Shown here one piece after another: positions 13,301-26,900 of a DNA stretch of 64,000 bases (the stretch's first letter is position 1; every line of letters begins with the position of its first letter). Position numbers and translations under genes: made by a program. The stretch lies in contig KZ538255.1 of NCBI GenBank assembly GCA_000934665.2, positions 1 through 64,000 of the forward strand, read 5' to 3'. The stretch is from Catajapyx aquilonaris (taxonomy: Eukaryota). Below the pieces are notes generated by a model, which did not search any database, had not been told where the DNA came from, and saw nothing but the letters and a program-made list of their open reading frames with translations.

Positions 13301-16300
13301 AGGCCGGGTTTCACCGAGCAGGTTATATTATCATAAATCCGAATTTCTTTTAGAAACATCTTACGATTGATTGATGTCCACAGTGGTTGCCATGGCAATT
13401 CCTGTTAAAACCGAGGATTTTTTATAATATAACCTGCTCACATGTAAATGCGGATTGAGACAAACTAAAGATGTATGGGAAGTTACTTGGCAATGTAAGC
13501 ACACGTGGGCTAACTTGACGTCCATTTCCAGGTGCCGCAAGGTGTTTTAGAGCTAATCCGTGAGCAGAGCCTGGTCCTGCACAGCTCCAGCAGCTCTGTT
13601 TGGCGTGCCTCTCGTGTGTACCAGTCTTCTATACCTGAAAAGTCCCTGAATGTCTTGGAGTACATGGACAGCAATGAGGTTGCCCACACAGCCCTGGAGC
13701 ACGGGAGACAGCTGGCCGAAGGGAGCGGAAGCGGCGCTGGGCCTGGACCAGGAGGGAGGATGGGCATCCCTCCGGACCACCACCACCACCACCCACACCA
13801 TCAGCATCCTCCCCATCCGCACCACCCGCAACAACATCCGCATCACCCTCACCACCCGCATCACCCGCATCCGAACATGCATCCGATGATGCATCACCCT
13901 CCACCCATTCCACATCACCATCTGCCGCCACATCACAACCCGCATCAGGTGAGGATTTTTTTACTTGCGCTACAGGGTGAGGTATGGCAGCATGTACGTC
14001 AACAATTTTTCTCTTTCCGAAGATGAACGGTGGCGAACAGCTACCGCCGCATCACCCCCACCACCCCGGGCAGCATCCTCTCCACCACCTCCCTGGAAAC
14101 CCCCACCAACCACTGCCGCCTCAGCCGCATCCGCATCCTCCGCACCAGCAGCCGCATCACCACCACCAGCCTTGCCTGCATAAATGGCCGTTCATCCTGG
14201 CCAAGGGACCCAACTGCAACCAGGACATTGTCCGCGTGATGAAGGCCCTCCAGCCCCACCTGCAGGACGCGGTTCAGAAGAAGTCAATCGCCCGGCTGTG
14301 GGAGGCCCCGTACACTGTGACGGGGCCTCTCACGTGGAGGCAGTTCCACCGCCTGGCCGGGCGAGGCGAGGACTTGCAATGTATGTGGACCATCCTTTCT
14401 TATCTCTCTCTTCGTTTTACTCTAGCTTTATATAATATTCAGTCGCAGAATGCCACTGGCGACCTCTAATTTCAAACCCTGGTTAAAACCAATTGTTTGA
14501 TGGGAAAGTAACAATCGATATTCGCTCCCTAACAATTAGTCTCATTGCTGCACATGGCTGATCAAATCGCTTACATGTAAACGCGACCGATTTTAATTAA
14601 GAATTCATTACAGTATAGTGTAAATGCATGGGTTCGTTTTTATCTGGAACTTTTCCGTTGCGTAAAAATTGCAGCAGGTTTTGAGCAATTTTTCGATGTG
14701 TGACTACAGGTACGGAAGACAGGTGCGAACCGCAGCCTATCCCGTCAATCCTAGTGGGCTACGACAAGGACTGGCTGGCTCTGTCCCCGTTTGCCATGAA
14801 GTTCTGGGAGAAGCTCCTCCTGGAGCCGTACTCGTACACGCGAGACGTGGCGTACATCGTGGTGGCCCCGGACAACGAGTACATCCTGCAGAGAGTGCGC
14901 ACCTTCTTCAAGGAGCTGAGCGGGATGTATGAAGTCTGCAGACTAGGGAGACACAGCCCCATCACCAAGGTGCTCCGAGATGGGATTCTCAGGGTGGGGA
15001 AGAGTGCCGCCTCAAAGCTGGCCAACGAGCCTGTTGACGAGTGGTTCACACTGCTAGGGGAATCCTCGAATGCTTCCATGCTCAAACTTTATGCTCAGGT
15101 GAGTGCTCGCAAGTGAAGGCGATGGGTCCTCGGCTTCAACATGCGTGTTTGTTTCCAGGTGTGTCGACACTACCTCGCTCCTCAACTGGCCCAGATCCCG
15201 CTGGACAGGAGCCTGTTGGATCCTCCTGGAGGGTCTTCCAGGCATCCGCTGGACAGGCCAGCTCCTTCTCCCATGCCTCCGCCTTCCACTCCGGACAGCC
15301 GGGAAGGGGGAGGGTCGCAGGGTCAGTCCTCCAGCCAGGACAAGGCACCATCCACACCTAAATCAGACCAAGGCTAGTACTCATTCATTAACCTGGGGGT
15401 CGGCCAATGCTAACGTCTCGTCCGCCTTTCCGCAGATGGTGACCAGGGTCGGGAAGGTTCGTTCATCGCAGGCCCGTCCCAGGATCTGTCGGAAGAGGAG
15501 GAGAGGGAGCCGCCAGCCATCATCGTCTACCTGGTGGAGCCCTTCAGTTACGCTACGGAGAACCCAGACGTCCACAGGCTGGCTAACCTGGGTTTACTAA
15601 GGTGCTATTTACATATGCTGGGATTCCTACCTGATGGTGTTCGAAGTGCCATCAGCCTACAGGTTAGTGTCTGTTTCAAGCCGCATGTACATGTGAGGGA
15701 TTTGATCAGCCATGTCATACCTTCACCATTGCTGATCAAATCGCTAACATGTGGCTTAATGTGACGAGATGGCGGGAAAAGTACATTTATCACTAATCGA
15801 CCTTGCTTTTCAGGTTGTGTCGTTAGAGTCTATCTTGAAATTGGGCCGCTGCAATGACCACAGCAGGCACGATGACGCCCTCCGTGACCTGGCCTTCTCG
15901 GTCTTTTCCCACTGCCGTCGACCCATGGCCCATGTGGCCAATGTTAAATCCCTAACCGGTTTTGGTCCTGCTGCCGCCACCGACTTGTTCCTGAGAGGGA
16001 AGGAGGACAAGAGCAAGCTCGGAGGCTACAGGTTGTACGCCCCACCCTACGTATTAAGCCCAATCAAGGAGAAGGCGAGCGACCTAGGAGAGTCCTTCAT
16101 TGCGCCGCGGGAGAGGTATTCCGTTCTCTACTGCTCCTACTGCCTTTCCGAAGACCAGAGGTGGTTGCTGGCATCCTGCACGGACGACAGGGGCGAGATT
16201 CTGGAGCTGTGTCCTATCAACATCGACATACCCAACAGGTACAGGTTGTTACGTGCTTGAATCTGGAAGGAATTTGAGGGCATATAAGATGTCAGCAGAT

Positions 16301-18030
16301 TACGCTTTTGCATATGCAATGCAGGGCAAGTTTCTGAGCCATTTTTTGGGACAAAAAAAATCATACGCTGTCAAATACAGCTTGCATAATGATGAAAAAA
16401 TTATGGTCGTAAAAACTTGTGAAGACAACCTCACCCATTTCTGATGTGCAAGCCAATTATGAAATGCTGTTTGCCACATTGTAGACCCATATTAATTGTG
16501 GCGCCACTGATTAAACAGCAGATTAATTGGCATGTTTACAACCTTCCCATTTCGATGCAGATCCCGTCGCAAGAAAGCGTCTGCCCGCCGCATAGGCTTG
16601 CAGAAGCTGATGGACTTCATCGTTGGCGTGATGTCCTGCGGCGTGCACCCTTGGCGCCTGGTGGTGGGCCGTGTGGGTCGCCTGGGCCACGGGGAGCTCA
16701 AAGGATGGTCGTCCCTTCTCAGCCGCAAATCTCTCCTCAAAGCTTCCAAGCAGCTCCGGGAGCTGTGCAGGCAGTGCCAGTTGGCATACCCAGGCGAGGT
16801 GCCTTGCGTGCTCTCGGCATGCCTCGTGTCCCTCGAGCCTGATTCCAGCTTAAGGATGATGCCTGACCAGTTCACACCTGACGAGAGGTTCGGACAGAAC
16901 TCGGCCAACTGCACCCTATCAACCCCGCAGGATGTCTCGTGCACCCACATACTTGTCTTCCCAACCTCTGCTACCACACAGGTCAGTACTGTTAAGCCTC
17001 GTGTCATTGCCCATCGCTGATCAAATCGCTCACGTATAAACGCAGCTTTATTCGAAGGGGTTGACTAATCGGATTGTCTCCTTTCCAGTCATCCCAGACG
17101 GCATTCCAAGAACAGCACATAAACGGTCCTGACCTGGGCGATGATGATCTCTTGTCGGCGCTGAACGATGACATGCCTGAGGGCATAGACGGGATGCAGG
17201 ACTTCAACGATCTCTTTTCCAACTGGCCAGAGACTGGACCCGGAGTCCAATCCCCGGTTGGCTCTCCAGGAAGGAGAGACTCAGTCTCTCAACCTGGATC
17301 GCCAACAGGGATGGGCATCAATGGGAGGCAGTCTCCATTCCAGGTAAATGTTTGATGAAAATATACGAACAATATGTTTCTAACAAACGCTACGGTTACA
17401 GACAAACGGCCATGGTCGTGTCGGAGGCAGTCTTGCGGCCGACTCCCAGGAGGAAGTGGGCACCCTTCTCCAGCAGCCTCTGGCTCTGGGTTACCTGGTG
17501 TCGACAGCTCCGACTGGACCGATGCCTCCGTGGTTCTGGGCGTCTTGTCCGCACCTGGAGAACGTCTGTCCCGCCTTCCTCAAAAGCGCCCTACATCTCC
17601 ACAGCCCCACAGTGCAGCAGAGTTCAGACGATCTCTTACAACAGCAGACGGCCATTAAGGTCCATCCGTTGGACTCACAATACACCACTGATGTGCTTAG
17701 GTATGTTGAAACGGATGTCACATTGTTTGTAATGCACGACTGGGGTTTTTTCATGCAACTCGTGGCGGCGACCGAGGCAAGCCTTGTCGCTCTGTCGCTG
17801 CGAACAAATAATGACGTCATGAGTGGCGTGAGAAAATTCCTGCCGCATCCATTAAGCGTATGGACGGAGGATCTAACTGTGCCATTTTCTCGTCAAGGTA
17901 TGTCTTGGAAGGCTACAACTCTCTCTCGTGGCTGTCCCTGGATCCGGCCACACAGGATCGACGCACCTGCCTTCCGCTGCACATCCAGGTGCTGATGCAG
18001 CTGTACGACTCGCTCGGCACGCTCCTCTGA
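1365..18030 (+). CDS. MED13: Mediator of RNA polymerase II transcription subunit 13 (skuld/TRAP240), 5'-partial, 26 exons
   Basis: Exons 1365-1449, 1815-1898, 2814-2959, 3035-3214, 3889-4026, 4618-5059, 6907-7128, 8597-8793, 8857-9011, 9124-9395, 9550-9736, 10129-10248, 11245-11421, 11544-11915, 11986-12526, 12894-13177, 13532-13948, 14023-14365, 14710-15098, 15159-15372, 15436-15662, 15814-16238, 16561-16981, 17089-17343, 17402-17700, 17898-18030 (TGA); all phases join. Diagnostic motifs: [130 protein letters not shown]-terminal [19 protein letters not shown]. The N-terminal exons were not found in the window. Confidence 0.97.
4417..4578. mobile_element. PIF/Harbinger-type MITE (family H)
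   Basis: TIR AGTCGCGTTGACATGTGAG / CTCACATGTAAACGCGGCT. Confidence 0.65.
5587..5909. mobile_element. Kolobok-type MITE
   Basis: TTAA|AGGGCCACT...AGTGGCCCT|TTAA: terminal inverted repeats with AG..CT ends and TTAA duplication. Confidence 0.7.
9803..9937. mobile_element. PIF/Harbinger-type MITE (family H)
   Basis: TAA|AGCCACATTTACATGTGAGC...CGCATGTAAACGCGGCT|TAA. Confidence 0.75.
10706..10985 (+). mobile_element. HINE/DINE-like (Helentron-associated) element
   Basis: Inverted TAGACTTTTTCTCAT / ATGAGAAAAAGTCTA, GTCY microsatellite, TTCGGATTCAG core shared with 32893-33010 and 37125-37345. Confidence 0.55.
12548..12836. mobile_element. MITE, Harbinger-like second family
   Basis: Imperfect TIR AGCCAATTTCGCAAGTGGACGTCGCA / TGCGACGTCCATTTGTGGAATGGGCT filling most of a MED13 intron. 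Confidence 0.55.
15679..15756. mobile_element. PIF/Harbinger-type MITE (family H), short
   Basis: AGCCGCATGTACATGTGAGGGATTTGATCAGC...GCTGATCAAATCGCTAACATGTGGCT. Confidence 0.65.
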
Positions 18031-21000
18031 GGAAGAGAGGACACACGAGGGGAGCAAACCATTTGGGAGCAACTGAAACACACACACACGATGCGACACT
18101 TCCCAGACAAGTGTGCCTTTTTTTTCTGGCTTCATTTACCGGTGGTTCTCTTTTTCTTTTGGTACAATGCTGGGTACTCGGTTATCAAGTTTTGGGTGCT
18201 GCTGCTGCGTTGTCGAGTTAACGTTGTTTTTATTGCTAGTATGGGAAACAATCTGTACATTTTAATTATTTTTTATTTCCCCCCTCACGGTGTGTAGGAA
18301 TGGGTCACATATCAGGTGTGAAGGGCAAGTTCATTTTTAGTTAATGAACAGTTAGACAATTGTTGGAGATGGGTTGATGCAAACGGTTTTTTTAAAGAGG
18401 GTTTATTTTTTTCCGGGGCTTCATTTTTTCTCTCTGGAACAATGCTGCCATCTTTTTTTTCCCCCCGCCCCAACCCAACCCTTTTCCTACTACCCCATAC
18501 CCATTGTTTGTATTCTGCGATCAGTCGCAGGTGAGAGTGTGACGGTTGTGTGCGGAGCTAACGTTCGGAAGCAGGTTACGAGAAGGAAACTAGCAGTCGT
18601 AAGGAAGTTGAAAAGCTCCGGGTTTTTTTCTCCGGGTCATGAGTCTCATGCAATGAAACCTCAAGGACATTCATGAAATTGTAAAGTACAATTTTTTTAT
18701 TTAAAAAACTATATATATATAATCCAGTTGGTAAGGGCAGGGAAAAGAAGGAAAAAAATTTAACGAGAGAAAGGTTTTTAATTGTTGGAAAGGTTAAGAG
18801 CGGGTCTTTTTGATAAAAACTTTTACGAGTCCAAGACGTAAGACGGGAAAGAAAGTGCTTGAAAAATTGCCCCGCCGGGTTTTTGCAAATGTTAAGGGGG
18901 CAATTTTTTTGCAATATCAGTTTTATAAGGCTGCTTTTTAAAAATTGTTCTCGTGGTCAGTTTTTACATGGTCATAGGGGGACTGGTTGTGGATTAATTT
19001 TTGGCCGTTTTTACCGAACGGTATTGATGCTTGTTGGCTGTCCAACGAGGATCAACATGTTACGTCAGGAGGAAATGGCCGAACAATACTTTGCGATCTG
19101 CCCTCGTATTTTAATATTTGACACAGTATTGGTTATCGTGACGGTTTTTTTTCCTTTTGTTGATAGCGATACAAGTGGTGCAACAAGCCACTTGTACTGC
19201 GACAATGCAAATGACGTTCGGATGCAAACCTTGTTGATTCGAGGGACGTATATTTTGGACAGTTGGACGAAAAGAAATTTGCATGACTCGACTTTTGCGT
19301 TGCATTGTCCTTTGTTTTTAAAAAAAATATATCTGGGAGATAGAGAGGGTTCTTAATATTTATGCCGGAATAGTACAACGTGGAACTTTGTTCGTTGCAA
19401 GCATTTTTTTGGGGGTTTCTCGTGTTCCCTGCCCTGGTCACACACAAAAAAAAATACCCACCAGACTTAGCAATACTGCCCATTTGAAAAGGAAGAAAAA
19501 AAAACAGTAATATATGGTTTAAAACCTATTGACCAGTGTATAGTGTACAGAAGTGTCCTTGTTCATAACCAAACTTTTAAGAAAAACAAGAAGGAAAAAA
19601 AAAAAAAGCGAAAAGCCCCCCNGTCGCTTAGTGTAATTTTTAATTTACGTTCTTATCCTGGTGCGGGAATAAAATGGACATTTGTATTACGAGTAACCCA
19701 TCCCCCGTTCCCCCCATCCCTTCCGATGCACCTACTCCGGACTCCCCCACCACCAATCAGTGTTATGCAGAGAAGATATTTATTTTGTATATATTGTAAA
19801 GTTTCCAGGAAGGTGGGGAAGAAAAAAAAAAATGCAAACAGTTGGGGGAGAGACATTTGCATATGATATGCGCTCATGCAAAAAAATAATAATAATAATA
19901 ATAATGGTAGTGTAATTACCCTGCAAAAACCTTTTCCCGAACCCCCCCCTCTTCCAAGTTTCCAATTTTAAGAAACCTCCCCCCCCACAATTTTGAACCA
20001 AGGTGTTACTTGTCTTGTACATATTATAGGGGAAATATACATAACATTACACATGGAAGGAAAAAAAGAAAACACATAACACAACAATTGTGAGAAACGA
20101 ATACATGAAAAAAGGTGTTGAGTATGCAAAGTTCTACTTAAATGATTCCCCCTTCCCCCCCTGCCTTTTTAAGCCACGATGAAATTAATTTTTGTAACAT
20201 TGCGCGCGGTCAATTTTTTTAAATCGTTAAGGTTTCTAGCGGATCTAAGGGATTATTTTTTTTTGTGTGTACATACATTGTGCGGTGTGCGGAGATATAT
20301 ATTATAAATATATAAATATTTTTTAGCTTTTTTTTCCAGCATATATATGTATGTATATACTGCGGTTGGATATAGATACATATGTATGGGCTCCCTCGGG
20401 AGTTCGCCCTCATTAGAAGTAGCGACGCTCCATGGCAAATAAACCCCAAATCCGAGGAAAATAACGCGACAAGTGGACGGCTCTTGAAGCCCACCCTTTT
20501 TTTTCTTTTCCATCCCTCCCGTCAAAAATATGTTTTTTAAAGTTGGTTTTTTTTTGGACCCTGTGCTTTTTTGTTTTAAGTTGTGACCCTCTTGAGGGGA
20601 GATGCGGAATCGATTGGGGTGGGTTTTAGGACCAAATTCAGAAAATGTGTAACGGCTATTTACTATCGTTAATTATGTCGAAGCTCAAGCCACTTGTTTT
20701 CATACCAGGTTATAAAGTAAAACGAAACGAAATGCTATTTTGTTGGCTGCATGCAGGCAAATGGACATAAAAAACAAAACCGATCTTGTAGTATTTATTA
20801 CTTGCATAGTTGAAAAATTATGGGATTATTATATTATTGATAATATTATTATTAATTATTATTATTATTATTGAATACCAAAATACAGTTTTATGTGTAC
20901 TGGAAGGGCAGTTTTATTAAACATCCCCTCGAGTGCTATTTTTTTGTTCTTTTCGGTTCTAGTCTTTTGTTGTCCCGATTATCACCAATTTTGTTGTTTC

Positions 21001-22555
21001 TGTTGTCCGACTTGTAAAAGCCACAATAATGTTCGTTACAAGACATGTTGCGGATGCACAACCCACAATAAGCGCCAGCGCCAGCTATGCTTTCAATTAA
21101 CTAACATCATACAATGTGATGGGCCATGCCTGGCAGGGCCACGAGACAATACTGGAGCTTGGCAAAGCCACAATAACATTCGTTGCCCTGAGGTGCAAGA
21201 CGGACAGTAAATGTTGCGGATACACAACCCACAATAAGCACCAGCTATGCTTTCAATTAGCTAAAATCATGCAGTGTGATGGGCCATGCCTGGCAAGGCC
21301 AAGAGACGATACTGGTGCGGTCACTCGAAAGCCATACAGATGACACCAGATTGTGAGCCGGTTGTTGGCTTCTGAGGTGTATCCAAGGGGAGAATGGTTG
21401 CTCCAGTTGAGCAGAATCGTCTTGGTTGTCCAGCACAACCAGTTCGCAGATGCTATCAAGGGTATGAGTGCTTTGGTATATCATGTTCGATCACCAGAGC
21501 TACGCCTGATTGCTCGTAGTGCACATTATGGACTTGGAAGGATTGGCAACTAAACCACCTGACGTGCACATGGCAGGTAGGTGCGCTTTGATTAATACAA
21601 CTCCCATGTAATATTCTAATGCAGAATTGCCTCAAAGACCTCGAAGACTGTATTACCAGCAGTTGGTTACTAACTAAGATTGAAGGATCGAATCCTGAAA
21701 GAAAGACGTCGTTTCTTTTTATATATATGTAAGGTGAAAGAGACAGGAAGGTGACCAAGCCTACACGAAAATTTGCATATCTAAAACCGCGTCGACGATA
21801 TGCGGATCTCCACCCACAGCAGAAGCGGGTGGGGATTTATTATTTTATTAATCCATAGAGCAGTGCCACCAGACAGTGATGCCGAATGTCCGTCCTGATG
21901 ACCCCAAGGAGGTGACCACTCGCCTACGTCACATTCATACTTATACCTGCCAACCACGTTTGGCTAGGGGCATACTTGTTCACATCGGGAGATATACTGT
22001 ATGTACTGTGCTCTGTACAGTCTCATTACGAGAGATCCGACAGATGGAGACCGAGGTAGGGCCTGGCCCCAGACCAAAAACCTAATATTAGGGCCTTTCA
22101 GGTCAAAGGTCAGCCTGCAACAAACCACTGAAAATGACCTAAAAAAATGGGCTGATTCATTTGCATGTGCGGGTGATTTTATTGGACCTATAGTTTAAAT
22201 TGTAGACTTAAATATTTGGAGGGGTGATAGGTTTGAGAATGGAACTCCCTGGTATAAGACAAATGTAGGGACTATGGGGTGCGTAGAGTGGGGGCTGCCG
22301 GGATGGACAACACCAAGCGAAGCCACTTGATCTTGGAACAGACTTTTTGTTATTTTTACTTTTTTCTTCGAAAAAAGTGACCGCCCCCTCCCATTAAGCA
22401 GGTGTTTTAAAAATGTCAAAAAAAAAATTCTCCCCTCCCCCCCTCTTCGCTGCTCCTCTCACACCTCTGAAGAAGTGTTGGGGAAACTGCGAAGAAACAG
22501 TCGCCATCTTGGCCAGAGATGTCGGCTGCAAAAAAAAAATTCTGACTCTCAACTG

Positions 22556-22626
22556 TGGAGATCCGGGATTTGAACCCGCATCTCTCGATTGAGAGTCAGA
22601 GGCGCTACCACAGACCCACACTCTAT
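22556..22626 (-). pseudogene. tRNA-like sequence (pseudo-tRNA or SINE head), CTC anticodon loop
   Basis: Minus strand GTGGGTCTGTGGTAGCGCCTCTGACTCTCAATCGAGAGATGCGGGTTCAAATCCCGG: A and B boxes and T-loop present, acceptor stem does not pair. Confidence 0.55.
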
Positions 22627-23932
22627 CGCAACGAGTTTGTGTGTGTTGGAAGGGTCTAGCCTATTTACCAGATGCAGTTCAAAGAGAAATAAATGTGAAT
22701 GCAGCGAGAAAGGTCCATAGCGATAAAAAGAAACGCATTGAGAACTGTACCAGACGAATTTGCTGAAATCGTGGTACTTTGCAAGAATTCAATCAATACT
22801 TATCTGCGGCTTGCCTCCGTCACATCTGAAAACTCCCAACCTTATTTAATTTTCGCGAAATGCGACGATTTCAGCAAATTCGTTGGGCGCATTTCGTAAG
22901 GTAGATATTCCACATATACTGTAGCATAATTTAATAGTTAAATCAGCTTAAGAGTTGGCTGGTAAATACCTGGCGATGGCAATGGCAATGGCGATATAGC
23001 AGGTAGCGAAGGGGTTAATGGTACACTTGAATCCAGATAAGACAAACTTCAAGAGACTGCGGAAAAAGTTCGTTATAACCGAGGTCTGTTATAGCCAATT
23101 GGTCACGCAATGAAAACAGATATTTCTCCTTTCAATATGGCTGCAATATTATGCACAACTATAGACTACATACTGATTAATGAAATCGTCAAATATGTAA
23201 TATTAGCTCACCCAAAAATTATGAAGGACCAAAATATCCGAAATTTTCTTCTGCCGTTCTTCTGTTACATGACGAATGATTATAACATCAGGTGAGGGAC
23301 AGGAAAAAAGGTGGACCAAGACTTGCGTCATTTCAGTCGCACTTTTAATGACTGTACATGATTTACATTTGGGATGCTGACACGCTTCCGTTATTTTATC
23401 GTAATGCAATGGTATCAAAAGTTGATGATAATCTTCAAAAAAAATGAAAGAAAAAAATTGGTTGTCAAAAAATTGGCTCGCAGTTCCAGGCCTCGTTTGT
23501 TAAGGCAGCTGCTTACAACTCTTTTAAGATTAGGCGCATCAAAATGGTGGTAGCTACAATGCAATATTGTCAAATCTAGGAACATTTTAGCAACGTGCAA
23601 AAAACCAAAAATATATTTATATATATATATATCATTATGTTGTGGTCTACAGTTAACTATACATTGAGACTTCCCAAACATGGGCAGGGAAAAAAGGCAA
23701 TCGAGTCGTTTTGGTAATTTCCAAAAAAAAAAAAAAAAAAAACACAGTAAAAAGGCAAGGCATGTTCCTGTACACAAAATAAAACAAAATATCCCTGCTT
23801 AAAAAAAGGGGGCTGAACACATTTAGGCTTTTCTTGTCTATCGTTATTTCTCTAGCGAAGTTTTTGACTAGACGTCTACTTGTAAGGCAACGTCCCTTCA
23901 GTGCTGATTTGCTTTTTCAGACTATTGTTGTC

Positions 23933-26900
23933 TCACGTCTCGAAGTGCTTGTACAGTGAGGTTATGTACGTCATGACCTGCTGCCAATCCGGACGCTCCA
24001 CCGACACCATGTCGTTTATGTTCTGAAATGTAAGGTACGATTAATGCGGCGTTCGATATCAATGGTGGAGGGTTACTAACCAGTGTGGTGGATATCCCGA
24101 CGGCCTCGGCAGCCTGGAAGGCAATTGCAAAGTTTCTCCTCTTGTCCGTTGGGTTGAGGAGGTCGTATGGGATCCTGTCTGGAAGGTAGGTGTGGAGGAT
24201 TGCGCAGAGGGCCATCCCGTCGTTCCAGCTGCTGCTGAAGTTGGTGATGTCGATCCCTCGGTACCCCAAAGTCTTATTCTGGCACCACTTCAACAGGGCA
24301 TTACGCTTGGAACCTCCATTCTTGGCGAGGGCACTCAGAGGATCACGCCTTTCCCCAGCTGCGAGTACAAATCACCATTATTCACTCCTGCTCATCGAAA
24401 CACACCAACGTGTACAACATCAGGAAAAAAAACAACAAAAAGGACTCTACGTAAGCTACGTAAGCATGCAAACTGACCCAGTTCACTGTAGCTGTTTCGT
24501 CGGAAGTCCAGCTTGTTAGAGAGGATTGATACTGGGGTGATGGGTCGGGAGGTCGTCTCCTCAGAGTGAATTTTCGAGCTGGACTTCAGCGATTCGCTCA
24601 TGCTCGATTTCTCGTACATATTGTCTGCCACAAGAGACGGAAGATGAAAAATAAATGGAAACCAACAGAAAAAAAAAGAACACACACAAACTGCAACAGA
24701 CGATTAATACAAAACAAACACGTAAGGGACCACATGCGTTGCGAGACGGCACACGCCTCACCTGAATAGGACGTCCTCTGAATCCCCTTGATTGTTGACA
24801 CCCCATTGTTTTGTGACACGCTGTTCTGCTTGTTTTGGTCTCGCAGTGGAGCCTTGATGTACGGGTGGTCCGAGTCGTTGTTGTTGTTGCTTCCGATGTT
24901 GCCGCTGTGCCTCAGTATGGACGTGGGGACGGCTGTGGACGTGGCGGACTTCCCGTTGCTTTGGTGCGTCGGGGAGGAGATCGGGGAAGGAGGAGACGCA
25001 GATTCAGGCGAGGTCCCCGGAGGTGATCCGCTGCCTCCGCCAATAACCTTGCTGGAGTTCTCTATACTCTGTTGAACGGTAACGTGTCATAAGATCGCAA
25101 TGCTCATCGTAAGTCCGCAAATACCTGTATGAGACTCTTGACCGAGAGGCGGTTGTCAATTCTTGAGGCAGCGGCACCCTTTCCGGTTGCGGTCATCTCC
25201 CCTACGACGCTCCCTCCTGCCGTGCCTCCAACCTTCATAATGGACCTGGAAACCTCCTCCTTCGCCTGCACCGTGGCCACTACCTGCCTGGCCTGCTGCC
25301 TTGCCTGCCTTGCCTCGGCTTCGTGAGTAGCCGCCTCCTGACTGGCCGCCTCCCTCTCTGCTTTTGCTCGACCCAACTCCCGCTCAAGTTGGCACACCTG
25401 CAAAAATAAGATTCAATTGTGACACAAGCCTCCGACACATGAAACCGCAACTCACCCTCTCCCTAAGCGCATGTACTTCAACAGCGTTCTTCTCCAGATC
25501 CTCCTGTGCCTCGGTCTTGAAGTCGTTGGCAACCCTCACAGTCATCAGGAGATCCTGCTTGAACTGCTCCCACTCGTCGTAGTCAGCTTTTCTCCTCCCC
25601 CGCTCCTCCTCCAGTCTCCGCTCTGCCTCCCCTGCCCTCTGCTGCGAGTCGGACGCTCTTCTCTGCGCTTCGGACAGTGACGCCCTAAGCTCCCTCTTGT
25701 CCGACAAATGTCTCTGGCACTGCCGCTCAAGGGCCGAGAGGGAATCCCGCATCTCCTGCATCTGCGCCGAGAGAGAGTCGCGTTCACCTCGGCAACGATC
25801 AAGCTGGAACTCAAGCTCGGCCATAGTCGACTTTGCATTGTTGCGTGACACCTTGAAAATGTGAACAGACCAAGTGAGTTTAAGTGAGACTGGTATGGAT
25901 GTGACTTACTCACCCTCGTTTCCTCCTGGAGTTGAGCAAGCTGTTCCCTGAGCCTCGTGACTTCACACTGGTTTATAGCCAGCTGCTCCTTGAACTGCGC
26001 AAGCTGGGCAGCCTGCTCGTCCTTCTCTCTCCTGGTGGCATCCAGCAGCTCGTCCAGATCGCTCCGATCAGCGACGTCTCTAGCTGCCTGCATTTCCGAC
26101 ACTTTGGCCTGCGCATTTTCCAGCAGGGTCTGCACCCGGCGGGCCTCCAGCGACGAAGCACTCGCCTCCTGCTTAGCCCCCGCAAGTTCGGCCTCCAGGG
26201 ACTTCTTTTCAGCCGCACTTGCCTCCTGCTGTGCTTCCAGTGCTTCCAGCCTCTCCCGAAGCCTGGCCCGCTCCTGAGACCTTCCAGACTCACTCTCCTG
26301 AAGCGCATCCAAGCCCCTGCCCAGCTCCTCCTGCCTCTGAAGCAGCGACTCTCTCTCATCCTGCGCACTCTTGAGCAGCTCCAGCAGCCTCTGTTCCCTC
26401 TCCGATCTGCTCAGAGCGGCATCGTTCTCGCTCTGCTGGATAAGCAGCTGCCTGGCGCTGTCTAGTTGCGACCTGCACTCCTCCAGTCGCTCAGTCTGTC
26501 GGCATAGCGACTCCAGCAGCACAGACTTCTCGTCCTGCAGCCTCTCCACCTCGGCTTGAAGCTCCCCCAGCTGCTCCTGCAGGTCGGCCAATTCCTGCAG
26601 CGTGGCCTGCAGTTCCTCGTTGGTGCTGTAGTGCGTCTCCTCCATCTGCTGGATCCGGTCCTGCAGGCAGGCCACGGAGATCTCGCTCAGGCTGCTGCAT
26701 GACTGCTTGTCCCAGCAGTCGGACAGGGCTCTCTCTAGCGAAGGCATGGACGACACGGAAGTTGGATAGGTGCAGGCATCAGGCAGGTCCGCATCCATAC
26801 CCTCGCCGGGAAGCAACGTTTCCTGCAATTGCAACAGTGTATTGCACATACATGCAAGGCCGCACCGCCAATTATTATGCATTCGGCAAATGTCCCTCCG

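Noticed and set aside
18031..20900. Many short ORFs and homopolymer runs after MED13
   Set aside because: Composition fits a long AT-rich 3' UTR; ORFs are low-complexity artefacts.
21810..21850. Hairpin plus T-rich run resembling an intrinsic terminator
   Set aside because: Eukaryotic intergenic DNA; more likely a repeat end, and no associated transcript is evident.
22556..22626. Functional tRNA-Glu(CTC)
   Set aside because: Acceptor stem does not pair and the sequence departs from tRNA-Glu; treated as pseudogene or SINE head.
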